DNA of 64,000 nt, taken from positions 1,056,001 through 1,120,000 of the forward strand of contig OZ244650.1 in NCBI GenBank assembly GCA_965218785.1, read 5' to 3'. This DNA is from Nitrosopumilus sp. (lineage in GTDB: Archaea > Thermoproteota > Nitrososphaeria > Nitrososphaerales > Nitrosopumilaceae). Both the position numbers and the translations under genes were made by a program. Below the pieces are notes generated by a model that had not been told where the DNA came from, ran no database searches, and worked only from the letters and a program-made list of their open reading frames with translations. Below, piece by piece: positions 11,089 to 20,927 of the stretch. Each line of letters starts with the position of its first letter. Position 1 is the first letter of the stretch.

Positions 11089-11635
11089 TGGACCAACAGC
11101 CAAACCCCGTCAAGGACTGCCTGTTTGAGTATGTCAAAAATTCACAGATTATACCAAAGTTGATCTCTGAGAAAAAATTTGATCAGATAGCAGACGAGGT
11201 CATCCAAAACTGTATGATGTTGCCATCACCATGGGGGAAAAAGAGGAGGTTGTAGCAGATATTGCTACAGGGCTGTTACATTACCTGCTGACTAGTTCCC
11301 TGATTACCAGTCAGAGAAAGACAGAGCTTCGCGGGATCGAACTGGATATTGTAATACCTGATATTAAAACACTGGAAAAAGATCCAAAAAAGGCGCTGGT
11401 AATCTGCATTATGAGAACCGCGGAACATGAGGCAGTCAACGCAAAGATATCAGAACTTGAAACGATTCAGCCAGAGAAAAACAACATCTGGCTGGTGCTA
11501 TCTGAGGATGTCCCGACTGACAAAAGATCGTTTGTACTCTCAAAAGAAGGCGGTTCGTTCTCTAGGATCATATTTGAGATTGCACAGTTTTGCAATATCT
11601 CAGGTGCGGGTAAATTCAAGATACTGCGTATATAG
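11088..11635 (+). CDS. Hypothetical protein, one indel near 11212
   Basis: MDQQPNPVKDCLF... from ATG 11088 joins ORF 11231..11635 after a frameshift. Confidence 0.6.
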
Positions 11636-12054
11636 GATGACGTGTCTGATAATTGAATTTAATTGTGTTTTTGGCGATTTCTCTAACAAAATAATGGTTT
11701 TTCTGTTTTCAAGTGAATGATTATGAGGATCTATTCAAAAAAACCGTGCTTTTGATAAACCATCTGATGTAATATTTAGATCATATCTCTTTACCGGATG
11801 TTTTTGAGCATGTCTCCTTGTCAATTTTTTAACATTATCACGAGAGTAGCAAATGATCTTTGATTTGACCTTCCGGCACGACATTAACAGAATAATTACG
11901 ATTCTGCTAAACGATCAACGTGGGCAAGACTAAATCTTCAGATAAATCAAACAATATCCAATATCAGACACGTTCAGATTATGTTTTTTTATGATAACAA
12001 AGTCATGAGTAATAAAGCTAATATTATTAAAATTATGGTCATATTAGACATATT

Positions 12055-12549
12055 ATGGTCACAAAAAGTTTTAGCGTAAAATTAAGTCGCATACGAAACA
12101 AAAAAGACAGTGAATATTTTGCATATAGAATTAACATTCCAAAAACAGTTGCAGATGAGCTTGAACTAGAAGATAAGGATCGAGTGTTTTGCAAAATACA
12201 GAAAGCAGAATGGTATCACACGCTGGATTGGTCTACAATGGAAAAAACATGGGATGGACTGCCTTCAAATATACAGCAACAGATTCAGGAGGGTGGTTTT
12301 GCTTGTAGGAAACGAATTTACATGTTCACAAAAATGCAGGTATTTCTGCAGGAACTAGTTTTATCTCACAGGAAAACAAAACAGATATCCAAAATTTTCA
12401 GAATAGGGGAGCTGGATAAAATAACCATTCAAGTTAAACATACGCCAAAAAATACTAAGTTTATGCGTAGCTGCCCCAACTCCAAAGTAACTAACACATG
12501 GGCAAGTTTTTCAGATCATACAGATCTAAAAGCAAGGTTAGCATCATAA
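12055..12549 (+). CDS. AbrB/MazE/SpoVT-like DNA-binding protein
   Basis: YRINIPKTVADELELEDKDRV resembles the swapped-hairpin consensus; C-terminal part uncertain. Confidence 0.55.
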   Translation: MVTKSFSVKLSRIRNKKDSEYFAYRINIPKTVADELELEDKDRVFCKIQKAEWYHTLDWSTMEKTWDGLPSNIQQQIQEGGFACRKRIYMFTKMQVFLQELVLSHRKTKQISKIFRIGELDKITIQVKHTPKNTKFMRSCPNSKVTNTWASFSDHTDLKARLAS

Positions 12550-12814
12550 AAAAATAGACAAGGATGAGATCATACGTGAACTCTCAGGTTTTAACTTTCA
12601 GGTTCATATCTCATCCCCAAGACTCGTGTCATAACGACTCATCTCCAAGGCTCATCATAGTTTGTCAGTTTTGTAAACTCTAGAATCCCCAAAACTCTAG
12701 ATCCCTGTAAACTTTGTTAGTTCTTCAGATCTTTAGCTAGACACGCATAAATTCTAATCACTACGAATATGAAAGTTTGAAAAGGTTAATTATTCTAAAG
12801 ACATTGTTTTATTT

Positions 12815-14323
12815 ATGGAATATGATTTAGAGACCCCCAAAGTTATAGGAGATCCGGTTCATGGATACATCAAACTTACAGATTTAGAATATGATCTTCT
12901 TCAGCTTCCCACCATGAATCGACTACATCACGTAAGACAAACCGCAGTGGCATATTTGGCATTTCCAGGTTCAGTCACCACCAGATTTAGTCATGTAGTG
13001 GGGGCATTACATGTGGGGGGAAGGATGATTGAAATAATTTTAGACAAATTAAAAAAGACCGATTTTGATGTGTTATTTCCAAATTTAACATCACCGGAAT
13101 TTTTAATAAAATCCATAAGATTGGCATGTTTGTTTCACGATATAGGACATGGTCCTTTTTCTCATTCGGGAGAAAAAGCCATGCTAAAAGTTATGGAGAA
13201 CTATCATTCTGATGAGATTGAGGAAGCCAAACAACTTTTTAATGAAGATGACAAAAACAAAATTCCCGTACACGAATACTATACTTACAAACTAATTAAA
13301 AATGGAGAAATCAGTGAAGAGATTTTATCTCATGAAGGTAAAGAATTACGTGATTTTGTTGCAGATTTGGTAGTAAAATCAGAAGCAAGTAAAATTTCAA
13401 AAGACAATAAAAAAGGGTACCGTATTGTTCGAAAAATCGTATCCGGTCAACTTGATGCAGACAGAATGGATTATCTACTAAGAGACAGTATGATGTCTGG
13501 CGTTCAATTCGGTCAAGTAGACATAGACAGGATTATTCAAAACATGGAGATTGTTAAAAATCGTGGCGGCAGATATCAATTAGCGTTTCACGAACGGGCT
13601 TTGGGAAATATTGAGGAAATGCTAGATGCCAGATTTAAAATGTATAGATATTTTTACAGTCATCACACGGTTGTTGCAACAAACGAACTGCTACGATTTG
13701 CAATTGATGTTTTAATTAATGAGAGTCAGAAAATTGCAGAACTTTTTCATTGGAAATCATATGGTTTGGGGTACTCAACAGACGTACATATTTTAGATTT
13801 GTTACAAGAACGAAAAGACAAGGATGATTTCATCAAGGTAAAAGGACTTTTAGATAGACGATTTTTGCCAATTTCAATTTTCAAATCAAACCTGGATTTG
13901 GGACGTTTTATCAATGAAATTAAAGAATTAAGCAGCATATCTATGACAGATGAAACCATGAATGAGAGCATCGTATCTTTTTTCAAAAATGCCAATGGCG
14001 AAGACAAAATCAAAACAGAACTTGAGAAAAAACCTAACATAGCAAACTGTGAAATATTTCAATCTACAGTCATCCTGAAACCATATAGTCCTTTTTCATC
14101 CCAAGATCGTGTGTATCTATTTCGGGCAAATGAAGAAAAACTTTGTGAGCTTTATGCAGTATCATCATATTTCCAAAAAATAAATGTAGAGTGGACAAAA
14201 ATTAAAAGGTTGTATCTCTTTTGTTTAATTCCCGGTAAAACAAAAAAAGAATTCAAATCGATTAAAGAAGAAATTAGGGGTATTTTGGCAACTGAAATTG
14301 CAAATTATGTGAATTCGGAATAA
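12815..14323 (+). CDS. HD-domain phosphohydrolase, SAMHD1/dNTP-triphosphohydrolase-like
   Basis: DPVHGYI, RLHHVRQ, RFSH, HDIGHGPFSH, HE, DADRMDYLLRD, RxxMYxxxYxH. Confidence 0.9.
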   Translation: MEYDLETPKVIGDPVHGYIKLTDLEYDLLQLPTMNRLHHVRQTAVAYLAFPGSVTTRFSHVVGALHVGGRMIEIILDKLKKTDFDVLFPNLTSPEFLIKSIRLACLFHDIGHGPFSHSGEKAMLKVMENYHSDEIEEAKQLFNEDDKNKIPVHEYYTYKLIKNGEISEEILSHEGKELRDFVADLVVKSEASKISKDNKKGYRIVRKIVSGQLDADRMDYLLRDSMMSGVQFGQVDIDRIIQNMEIVKNRGGRYQLAFHERALGNIEEMLDARFKMYRYFYSHHTVVATNELLRFAIDVLINESQKIAELFHWKSYGLGYSTDVHILDLLQERKDKDDFIKVKGLLDRRFLPISIFKSNLDLGRFINEIKELSSISMTDETMNESIVSFFKNANGEDKIKTELEKKPNIANCEIFQSTVILKPYSPFSSQDRVYLFRANEEKLCELYAVSSYFQKINVEWTKIKRLYLFCLIPGKTKKEFKSIKEEIRGILATEIANYVNSE

Positions 14324-14434
14324 TTAATTTTCTTCCTCTTCTTCATCATCAGCGTTTCTGATTCTTTTGGCATATTCAAATGCCTCCTTTGGGATGGAAA
14401 TTTCAACATCCGGTCTGAAAGTAACTTTGGCCAT
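14324..14434 (-). CDS. Acidic-tailed 36-aa peptide, copy 1 (MAKVTFRPDVEISIPKEAFEYAKRIRNADDEEEEEN)
   Basis: Frame intact in both copies; stop abuts the HD stop (TAATTA); CTTATTA box upstream. Confidence 0.55.
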   Translation of the reverse strand: MAKVTFRPDVEISIPKEAFEYAKRIRNADDEEEEEN

Positions 14435-14616
14435 GTGATTAAATGATAAAACAGAGTAATAAGAATATTGTTAAGAAAACTAGATTCACCAGAACATAAA
14501 ATTTTAACCAAGATGAGGTTTTAAACAGGGGTTTATGCGTATCCGTGTGCGATCTTGATAAATATTTCATGCGATATCAGGCATCTGAAATTGCAAATTA
14601 TGTGAATTTGGAATAA

Positions 14617-14727
14617 TTAATCTTCTTCCTCTTCCTCATCATCAGCGCTTCTGATTCTTTGGGCAGGTTCGAATGCAGCCTTTGGGATGGAAATTTCAAC
14701 ATCCGGTCTGAAAGTAACTTTGGCCAT
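14617..14727 (-). CDS. Acidic-tailed 36-aa peptide, copy 2 (MAKVTFRPDVEISIPKAAFEPAQRIRSADDEEEEED)
   Basis: Paralog of copy 1 with 5 amino-acid changes. Confidence 0.55.
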   Translation of the reverse strand: MAKVTFRPDVEISIPKAAFEPAQRIRSADDEEEEED

Positions 14728-14951
14728 GTGATTAAATGATAAAACAGAGTAATAAGAATATTGTTAAGAAAACTAGATTCACCAGAACATAAAATTTTAA
14801 CCAAGATGAGGTTTTAAACAGGGGTTTATGCGTATCCATGTGCGATCTTGATAAATATTTCATGCCATATCAGAACATAGAGTATTCCTGCGTTAGAAAT
14901 GTACTGCAAGCCAAAAGATGAAATCAGATACGTATCCATTCTGGACTCTTC

Positions 14952-15345
14952 TGGAGTGGACCCCTCTAAATGAGACCGCTTTGCATGTTTTTACGGTTAC
15001 CATTATTTATTTCTCATCCCCACTGATAAGAATTCCTCAGGAGTCATACCCCAATGCAGAATGAATCTGGAGTGGTTGAATCCCTGCATGTATCTGCAAC
15101 GACTGCCTCGGCATCCTGATAACTTGCAAATTCGTGCGGTCACAAATACTCTTTTTTGAGCGTCATGTGGAACGGTTCTACATTACGTTCTGCTCTGGTG
15201 TGTGATATCTTATGAACTCTGTTTTGCACCAAGAGATATGATTGCGTTCTACGTTCTGATGAGAGCTGGTTGCCGTTGTATTCCCAGATGAACAGTTGGA
15301 TAACGGTGAGCAAGACGTTGAAAAACAACTGCAGCATCTGTCTGC
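14952..15345 (-). mobile_element. Degenerate IS3-family element: integrase-core C-terminal remnant with one terminal IR
   Basis: Minus strand reads NVEPFHMTLKKEYL*PHEFASYQDAEAVV...HSALG...TPEEFL with a stop and frameshifts; TGGAGTGGACCCCTCTAAATGAGACC at 14952 has the IS3/IS2-like TG...CCCC...GAC IR form. Confidence 0.7.
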
Positions 15346-15367
15346 CATTACACCAAAGAAATAAGAG

Positions 15368-16057
15368 TCATTTTAGGAGCGGCTTTAAATCAATATTTTT
15401 CTTAAAGATTCCAGACAGTGACGAGTCACCCACGTCCTTGATAAACGGGATGGAACCCAGCACCCGGACCCCGGTAAGACGTTGCAGATCCCGCTTGAGT
15501 TCTTTTACGGGGTATCCCTTTTCAAAATTATTAATAATTATTCCCTTGATTGGAATCCTGTATCTCTCACACATCCTTACTGTCATTACGGTGTGGTTGA
15601 TTGTTCCGATCCTGCTTTTACTCACAATTACTGCGGGAATCCTCATGTCCCGGATTAAATCCGCAACAAAGTACTCCCTGAGAATCGGAGTCATGACCCC
15701 GCCCATCCCCTCCACAAGCAGCATGTCATGAAGGGCAGATAATTTTTTAAAGGCAGAGAGTACTGCGGGAATGCTCGGTTTGATCCTCAGATTCTTCCAT
15801 GCAGTATATGGGGATGCCGAAATTGGGAAGAACTGGGGGTTTACCAGGCATTCAGGATCACTAGTTTGCACTGCACGGGACAGTATCTGGACATCCCCTG
15901 ATTTGTAACCCCGCTTCTTGGGGGTGCCTGCTGCAAACGGCTTCATCACACCGACGTTTATTCCCGTTTCCCGAAGGGTCATGCCCAGTCCTGCAGCGAC
16001 GTATGTCTTTCCAACATCGGTATCTGTTCCCGTAATAAAGAGCGACTTTGACAACAA
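15368..16057 (-). CDS. bioD: Dethiobiotin synthase
   Basis: FITGTDTDVGKT, MKP, VEGMGG, GTINHT. Confidence 0.95.
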   Translation of the reverse strand: MLSKSLFITGTDTDVGKTYVAAGLGMTLRETGINVGVMKPFAAGTPKKRGYKSGDVQILSRAVQTSDPECLVNPQFFPISASPYTAWKNLRIKPSIPAVLSAFKKLSALHDMLLVEGMGGVMTPILREYFVADLIRDMRIPAVIVSKSRIGTINHTVMTVRMCERYRIPIKGIIINNFEKGYPVKELKRDLQRLTGVRVLGSIPFIKDVGDSSLSGIFKKNIDLKPLLK

Positions 16058-16126
16058 GATAGATTCGTGTGATCCCTTGATTAATTCATCGGTTAATTAT
16101 TAAGAACACAAGACGTACGAAATTAG

Positions 16127-17443
16127 TTGAAAAGCTCAGTCTGGCACCCAAATACCCAGATGAGGGAGTGGGCATCCTTTGATAAAATTATCCGCGGCAG
16201 GGGCATGTGGCTGATTGACTCCAGGGGCAACAGGATGCTTGATGGCGTGGCATCAATGTGGTGCAACGTATGGGGGCACTCAAACCGGCAGCTGGTAAAG
16301 GCCATGACAGGGCAGTGCCGCAATCTGCAGCATTCATCCATGTTCAACCTTACACACGAGCCTGCCGAAAGACTTGCAAAAAGCCTTGTAAGGATATCGC
16401 CAGGAATGCACAGGGTGTTTTATTCAGATAACGGATCATCTGCAATGGAGATTGCAATCAAGATGTCCCTGCAATACTGGAGGAACATCGGGGAGAAGGA
16501 CAAGACGAAAATTGCAACAATAAAAAACGGGTATCACGGGGACACGTTTGGGGCAATGTCAGTGGGATATGTCCCTGAATTTTTTGGCAAGTTTAAAAAA
16601 CAGCTCTTTCCTACGATTCAGTTTCCAACTCCAAACAGGTACCGGACTCCCCGCGGATTTACAGATCGTGACTATGAAAACCACTGTCTGGAGACAATTG
16701 AGAAGAGGCTATCAAGAGACGGCAGCATCGCGGCGTTTGTCATGGAAAGCGGGGCACAGGTTGCAGGAGGGGTGATAATCCACCCAAAGGGATTTCAAAA
16801 AAAAATACGCCGGCTCTGCAGACAGTACGGCGTGCTGTTTGTCCTAGATGAGATTGCAACGGGTTTTGGACGGCTTGGATCCATGATACAGTACGATGAA
16901 CAGCAAAGTATTCCAGATATCGTATCATATGGAAAGATGCTGACTGGCGGGTATCTTACGATGGCAGCAACCCTGACAACCAAAAAGATCTATGATTCAT
17001 TTCTGGGGGAATACAATGATGATAAACACCTCTTTCACGGCCACACATACACTGGGAATCCTCTTGCCTCAGCAGTTGCAAATGAGAATCTTAGTATGTA
17101 TCAAAAAAACAACTTGATCAAAAAAATTCAGAGGACATCAAAGGTTTTCAAAGAGTCCTACGACAAGTTCTCAGGGATTGACATCGTGGGGGACATCCGG
17201 CACAAGGGGATGCTCATGGGGATAGAACTGGTATCAGACAAGCAGAAAAAAACACCCGTTCATCCCAGAAGATCAATCAACAAGATATTCTTTGAGGAGG
17301 GCAAAAAGCAGGGAATCTACCTCCGCACCCTTGGCAACATGGTGATGCTTGTTCCGCCCCTGGCAATCTCAGAAAAAGAACTGGGCATGCTTTTAAACAG
17401 GACAGTCCGCACCATCAAAGCCGCAAGATCACGGCTGGTTTGA
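16127..17443 (+). CDS. bioA: Adenosylmethionine-8-amino-7-oxononanoate aminotransferase
   Basis: VWHP, SMWCNVWGH, SDNGS, GYHGDT, DEIATGFGR, GKMLTGG, HGHTY. Confidence 0.95.
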   Translation: MKSSVWHPNTQMREWASFDKIIRGRGMWLIDSRGNRMLDGVASMWCNVWGHSNRQLVKAMTGQCRNLQHSSMFNLTHEPAERLAKSLVRISPGMHRVFYSDNGSSAMEIAIKMSLQYWRNIGEKDKTKIATIKNGYHGDTFGAMSVGYVPEFFGKFKKQLFPTIQFPTPNRYRTPRGFTDRDYENHCLETIEKRLSRDGSIAAFVMESGAQVAGGVIIHPKGFQKKIRRLCRQYGVLFVLDEIATGFGRLGSMIQYDEQQSIPDIVSYGKMLTGGYLTMAATLTTKKIYDSFLGEYNDDKHLFHGHTYTGNPLASAVANENLSMYQKNNLIKKIQRTSKVFKESYDKFSGIDIVGDIRHKGMLMGIELVSDKQKKTPVHPRRSINKIFFEEGKKQGIYLRTLGNMVMLVPPLAISEKELGMLLNRTVRTIKAARSRLV

Positions 17444-17585
17444 CATCCATCAGGGCTGGCAGATTCTAGTAATCTGATCACCAAAATGCAAGTCCGATTC
17501 ATTATTTGCAATCACTACAGATCAGTTTTTCTGAAATAGCTGTGATGTCATGCAAAAGGCATGTAATGTATAATAAAAAAGAGAT

Positions 17586-17736
17586 TAGCGCGACGGCCAA
17601 ACCTACCCGAAAACTAACACTATTTACATATATTATTTAATAAACTTTGAGCATGTAGCGTGACGGTCACGCACCTATCTGAAAACTAACAATATTGGCA
17701 CATATTATTTAATAAACTTAGCCTGTAGGTGACGGT
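17586..17736. repeat. Degenerate tandem repeat of about 70 bp (2 units plus a partial third) with an internal palindrome
   Basis: Units start at 17586, 17656 and 17725; the two full units share GAAAACTAACA and ATATTATTTAATAAACTT; GCGTGAC-G-GTCACGC at 17658-17672. Confidence 0.75.
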
Positions 17737-17841
17737 GGGTCTGGTGGCAGATTTAGGGCTCTGACCACCAAAATACACCAGAACCTCCATCATCTCCAGT
17801 CAAACATTATCATTATAAATTGGAATCATACAGATACAAGC

Positions 17842-18819
17842 ATGAATACGCTGCAATTTATCCAAGAGTGCCAGGAAAAAGTCTTCTCTGGAAACGGCAT
17901 ATCCTTAAAAGATGCAGAAAAACTATTTGATATTCCAGATGAGAATCTAAAGGATCTGGCAAGATCAGCAGGTGAGATTACACGAGGTTTTAACGGGGAA
18001 CAGGTGGACGTGGAACAGTTAAACAACATCAAGAAAAACGCCTGCAGCGAGGACTGTACATTCTGCGGACAGTCTGCATTCTTTGATACGGGCATTGAGA
18101 CATACCAGCTGCCCACCCCCGAGGAGGTGGTATCAATGGCAAGAAAGGCAAGAGACGAGGGGGCAGGGTCCTACTGCCTGGTTGCAGCATGGAGGGAGCC
18201 GGCACCGGATGATTTTCTCAAGGTCTGCAAGATTATTACCGAGATTAACGACAAGGTCGGAATAAACGTCGAATGCAGTCTGGGTTTTCTAACAAGGGGG
18301 CAGGCAGACAAGCTAAAAGAACTGGGTGTAAAAAGATACAACCACAACCTGGAAACTGCAAAGTCAAAGTTCCCGGAGATCTGCACCACCCACACGTATC
18401 AGGACAGGCTGGATACGCTGGCAGTTGCTCGAAGTGCGGGCCTGGAGCTGTGCACCGGCGGAATCATCGGAATTGGGGAGACGCGAGAACAGAGACTGGA
18501 GATGGCAGCAGAGCTGGCAGTGTTATTCCCAGAAGAGGTGACAATCAACATACTGGTTCCAATCCCCGGCACGCCACTTGAGCTGCAGACCAGACTTTCA
18601 GACTCTGAGATTATCAGAATGTTCTCTGTGATGCGGTTTTTGCTGCCCGAATCAGTCATCAAGATCTCCGGAGGAAGGGAGGTGAACCTGGAGGATTCAG
18701 GGGAAGGACTGCTTCAAAGCGGCGCAAACGGAATAATTACTGCGGGTTATCTTACCATGGGCGGAAACGAATCCAAAAAAGACCTCAAAATGATAGAAAG
18801 AATTGGCCTCAAAACATAA
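17842..18819 (+). CDS. bioB: Biotin synthase
   Basis: CSEDCTFCGQS radical-SAM motif, YNHNLET, CTGGIIG, GTPL, SGGRE. Confidence 0.95.
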   Translation: MNTLQFIQECQEKVFSGNGISLKDAEKLFDIPDENLKDLARSAGEITRGFNGEQVDVEQLNNIKKNACSEDCTFCGQSAFFDTGIETYQLPTPEEVVSMARKARDEGAGSYCLVAAWREPAPDDFLKVCKIITEINDKVGINVECSLGFLTRGQADKLKELGVKRYNHNLETAKSKFPEICTTHTYQDRLDTLAVARSAGLELCTGGIIGIGETREQRLEMAAELAVLFPEEVTINILVPIPGTPLELQTRLSDSEIIRMFSVMRFLLPESVIKISGGREVNLEDSGEGLLQSGANGIITAGYLTMGGNESKKDLKMIERIGLKT

Positions 18820-19933
18820 CCTAAGTTTTATAGATTCGGAGCTGCAGCGCATCCGAAAAGAGCACCTCTACAGGAAGCTGCGGTACGGCAGGACGGCAGG
18901 ATCACACATTACAATAGACGGAAAAAGACTGCTCAACCTGTGCTCAAATGATTATCTCGGGATTAATACAGGTAACATGGGATTCAGACAGATGCAGTCA
19001 AGCTCAAGACTGGTATCAGGAAATGATCCGTCGTACAAAAAATTAGAAGAGGCGTTAGCCAGACACAAATCACAGCAAAACTGTCTGGTGTACCCTACGG
19101 GATACATGGCAAACCTCGGTGCAATATCATCAGTTGCAGGCAAGGGGGACCTGGTTCTCAGTGATGAGTTAAACCATGCAAGTATTATAGAGTCATGCAG
19201 ACTGACAGATGCCAGAATCCTAGTATACAAACACAACGACATGCAAGACCTGCAAAAAAAACTAAAAAACACCGGAAAAAACAAGTTCATCATTACAGAG
19301 GGAATCTTCAGCATGGACGGGGATTTTTCATCCCTAAAACAGATCACCGAGATTTCAGAAAAGGCAGGTGCGATAACCGTCGTTGATGACGCGCACGGTG
19401 ACTTTGTTGCAGGTTGTGACGGAAGAGGCACACCGGACTACTTTGGAGTCGCAAAAAAGATTGATGTATACATCAGCAGCTTAAGCAAGGGACTCGGATC
19501 ATTTGGCGGGTATGTAACGTCCCAAAACAACGTCATTGATTTGTGCATCAACAAATCAAAGTCGTTTATCTACACCTCTGCGCTTCCGTCATTTCTGATT
19601 GATTACTCGCTAAAGAGGTTCAACTCCAAAAGGGAGGTACAAAGAAAAAAGCTGGAGAAAAACACCCGGCAGATATCAGACGGATTAAAACAGATCGGCT
19701 TTGAGACAGGCTCACAAACACACATCATACCGATAATTGTAGGCAGTGAAAAGACTGCCATAAATTTTGGGAGGTTCCTCTTTGAGAATCAGATATTTGC
19801 ACAGCCAATAAGATACCCCACGGTCCCAAGAAACCAGGCAAGGCTGAGGATCTCAGTTACTGCATGGCTCTCAGATAAGGAGATTGACAGATCGCTTGGA
19901 ATCTTTGAAAAGGCATACGCAAAATTTGGATGA
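18803..19933 (+). CDS. bioF: 8-amino-7-oxononanoate synthase
   Basis: SNDYLG, GYMAN, DELNHAS, SMDGD, DDAH, SLSK, IRYPTVP. Confidence 0.93.
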   Translation: MASKHNLSFIDSELQRIRKEHLYRKLRYGRTAGSHITIDGKRLLNLCSNDYLGINTGNMGFRQMQSSSRLVSGNDPSYKKLEEALARHKSQQNCLVYPTGYMANLGAISSVAGKGDLVLSDELNHASIIESCRLTDARILVYKHNDMQDLQKKLKNTGKNKFIITEGIFSMDGDFSSLKQITEISEKAGAITVVDDAHGDFVAGCDGRGTPDYFGVAKKIDVYISSLSKGLGSFGGYVTSQNNVIDLCINKSKSFIYTSALPSFLIDYSLKRFNSKREVQRKKLEKNTRQISDGLKQIGFETGSQTHIIPIIVGSEKTAINFGRFLFENQIFAQPIRYPTVPRNQARLRISVTAWLSDKEIDRSLGIFEKAYAKFG

Positions 19934-20053
19934 TTAGCGCGTCATATCAAAGCCGCCAAGTGCGGGGGAGCCTATAACCACTGCAAGTACGACTATAATC
20001 CCTAGGGTGACACCAACCATGACAAAACGCATGTTCATGCCAAAAATGACCAT
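19934..20053 (-). CDS. Small single-TM protein (MVIFGMNMRFVMVGVTLGIIVVLAVVIGSPALGGFDMTR)
   Basis: Translated by hand; hydrophobic segment; stop abuts the bioF stop. Confidence 0.5.
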   Translation of the reverse strand: MVIFGMNMRFVMVGVTLGIIVVLAVVIGSPALGGFDMTR

Positions 20054-20182
20054 ATCCCAGTTAAAAATTGATTGTATGTTGTGTAATATCTAGTCCAAGC
20101 ACGGATTTCCGTAGGCATAGATCCCCCTCATTGGGTAAAGATATGGAAGAATATTTTAAAGGAAAAATTACGGTTTTAATTT

Positions 20183-20917
20183 GTGGCAGAGATAACACTG
20201 GCAATAGCCGTGCTGGCAGGACTGGGCTCATTTGTAGCACCATGCATACTGCCCATGATTCCCGCATTTCTTGCATACATTTCAGGCACGACACTCTCGG
20301 AACTCAACCAAAAGCAGGGATCAAATACGGTTACAATCAACAGGTCAAATATTATCTTAAATTCGGTGTTTTTCGTACTTGGATTCTCCATAGTATTTTC
20401 AACGCTGGGTGTTATCATCAACAGCGTGCTTGGAACGTCTGCCGGGGAACTGATCGGAGGATTCAACCAGGTCGGCGGGGTGATCATCATGGGATTCGGG
20501 GTCTTTTTGCTTCTTTCAACGAAGATCAACAAGCTAAACATGGAAAAGAAATTCTTTCCAAAAAGATCAAAGGCCAGTTATCCAATGTCGTTTGTATTCG
20601 GTCTGGCTTTTGCGGCAGGATGGACTCCATGTGTGGGTCCGATATTAGGTACCATACTGACACTGGCTGCAACCACGCCATCAGTCGCATTCAACCTGCT
20701 TCTTGCATATTCCCTGGGACTTGGGATTCCGTTTATTCTAATTGGCGTGTTTTATTCCAGGGCAACCAAGATTATCCGCGCAATGAGCAGGCACTTGAAA
20801 TACTATAACGTGATCCTCGGTGTATTTATTATAGTCCTGGGGGTTCTGGTATTCATGAATCAGCTTGCATACATTGCAAACTTTCCACTTCTCAACGAGC
20901 TGTTGTTCCTAGGATGA
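20183..20917 (+). CDS. ccdA: CcdA/DsbD-family transmembrane disulfide reductase
   Basis: SFVAPCILPMIP and WTPCVGPIL. Confidence 0.9.
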   Translation: MAEITLAIAVLAGLGSFVAPCILPMIPAFLAYISGTTLSELNQKQGSNTVTINRSNIILNSVFFVLGFSIVFSTLGVIINSVLGTSAGELIGGFNQVGGVIIMGFGVFLLLSTKINKLNMEKKFFPKRSKASYPMSFVFGLAFAAGWTPCVGPILGTILTLAATTPSVAFNLLLAYSLGLGIPFILIGVFYSRATKIIRAMSRHLKYYNVILGVFIIVLGVLVFMNQLAYIANFPLLNELLFLG

Positions 20918-20927
20918 TGATGATAAC

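Larger units (their letters stand above)
14287..14873. repeat. Tandem direct duplication, 2 x 293 bp, imperfect
   Basis: Copies start at 14287 and 14580; includes the last 37 nt of the HD gene. Confidence 0.95.

Noticed and set aside
14305-14804. The two 68-aa ORF-track ORFs in the duplication
   Set aside because: They have non-ATG starts and the first overlaps the HD stop. The 36-aa frame has an ATG, a TATA-like box and a stop abutting the HD stop.
15368-19933. Biotin cluster as a novelty
   Set aside because: bioA/B/D/F are ordinary, known genes in this group.
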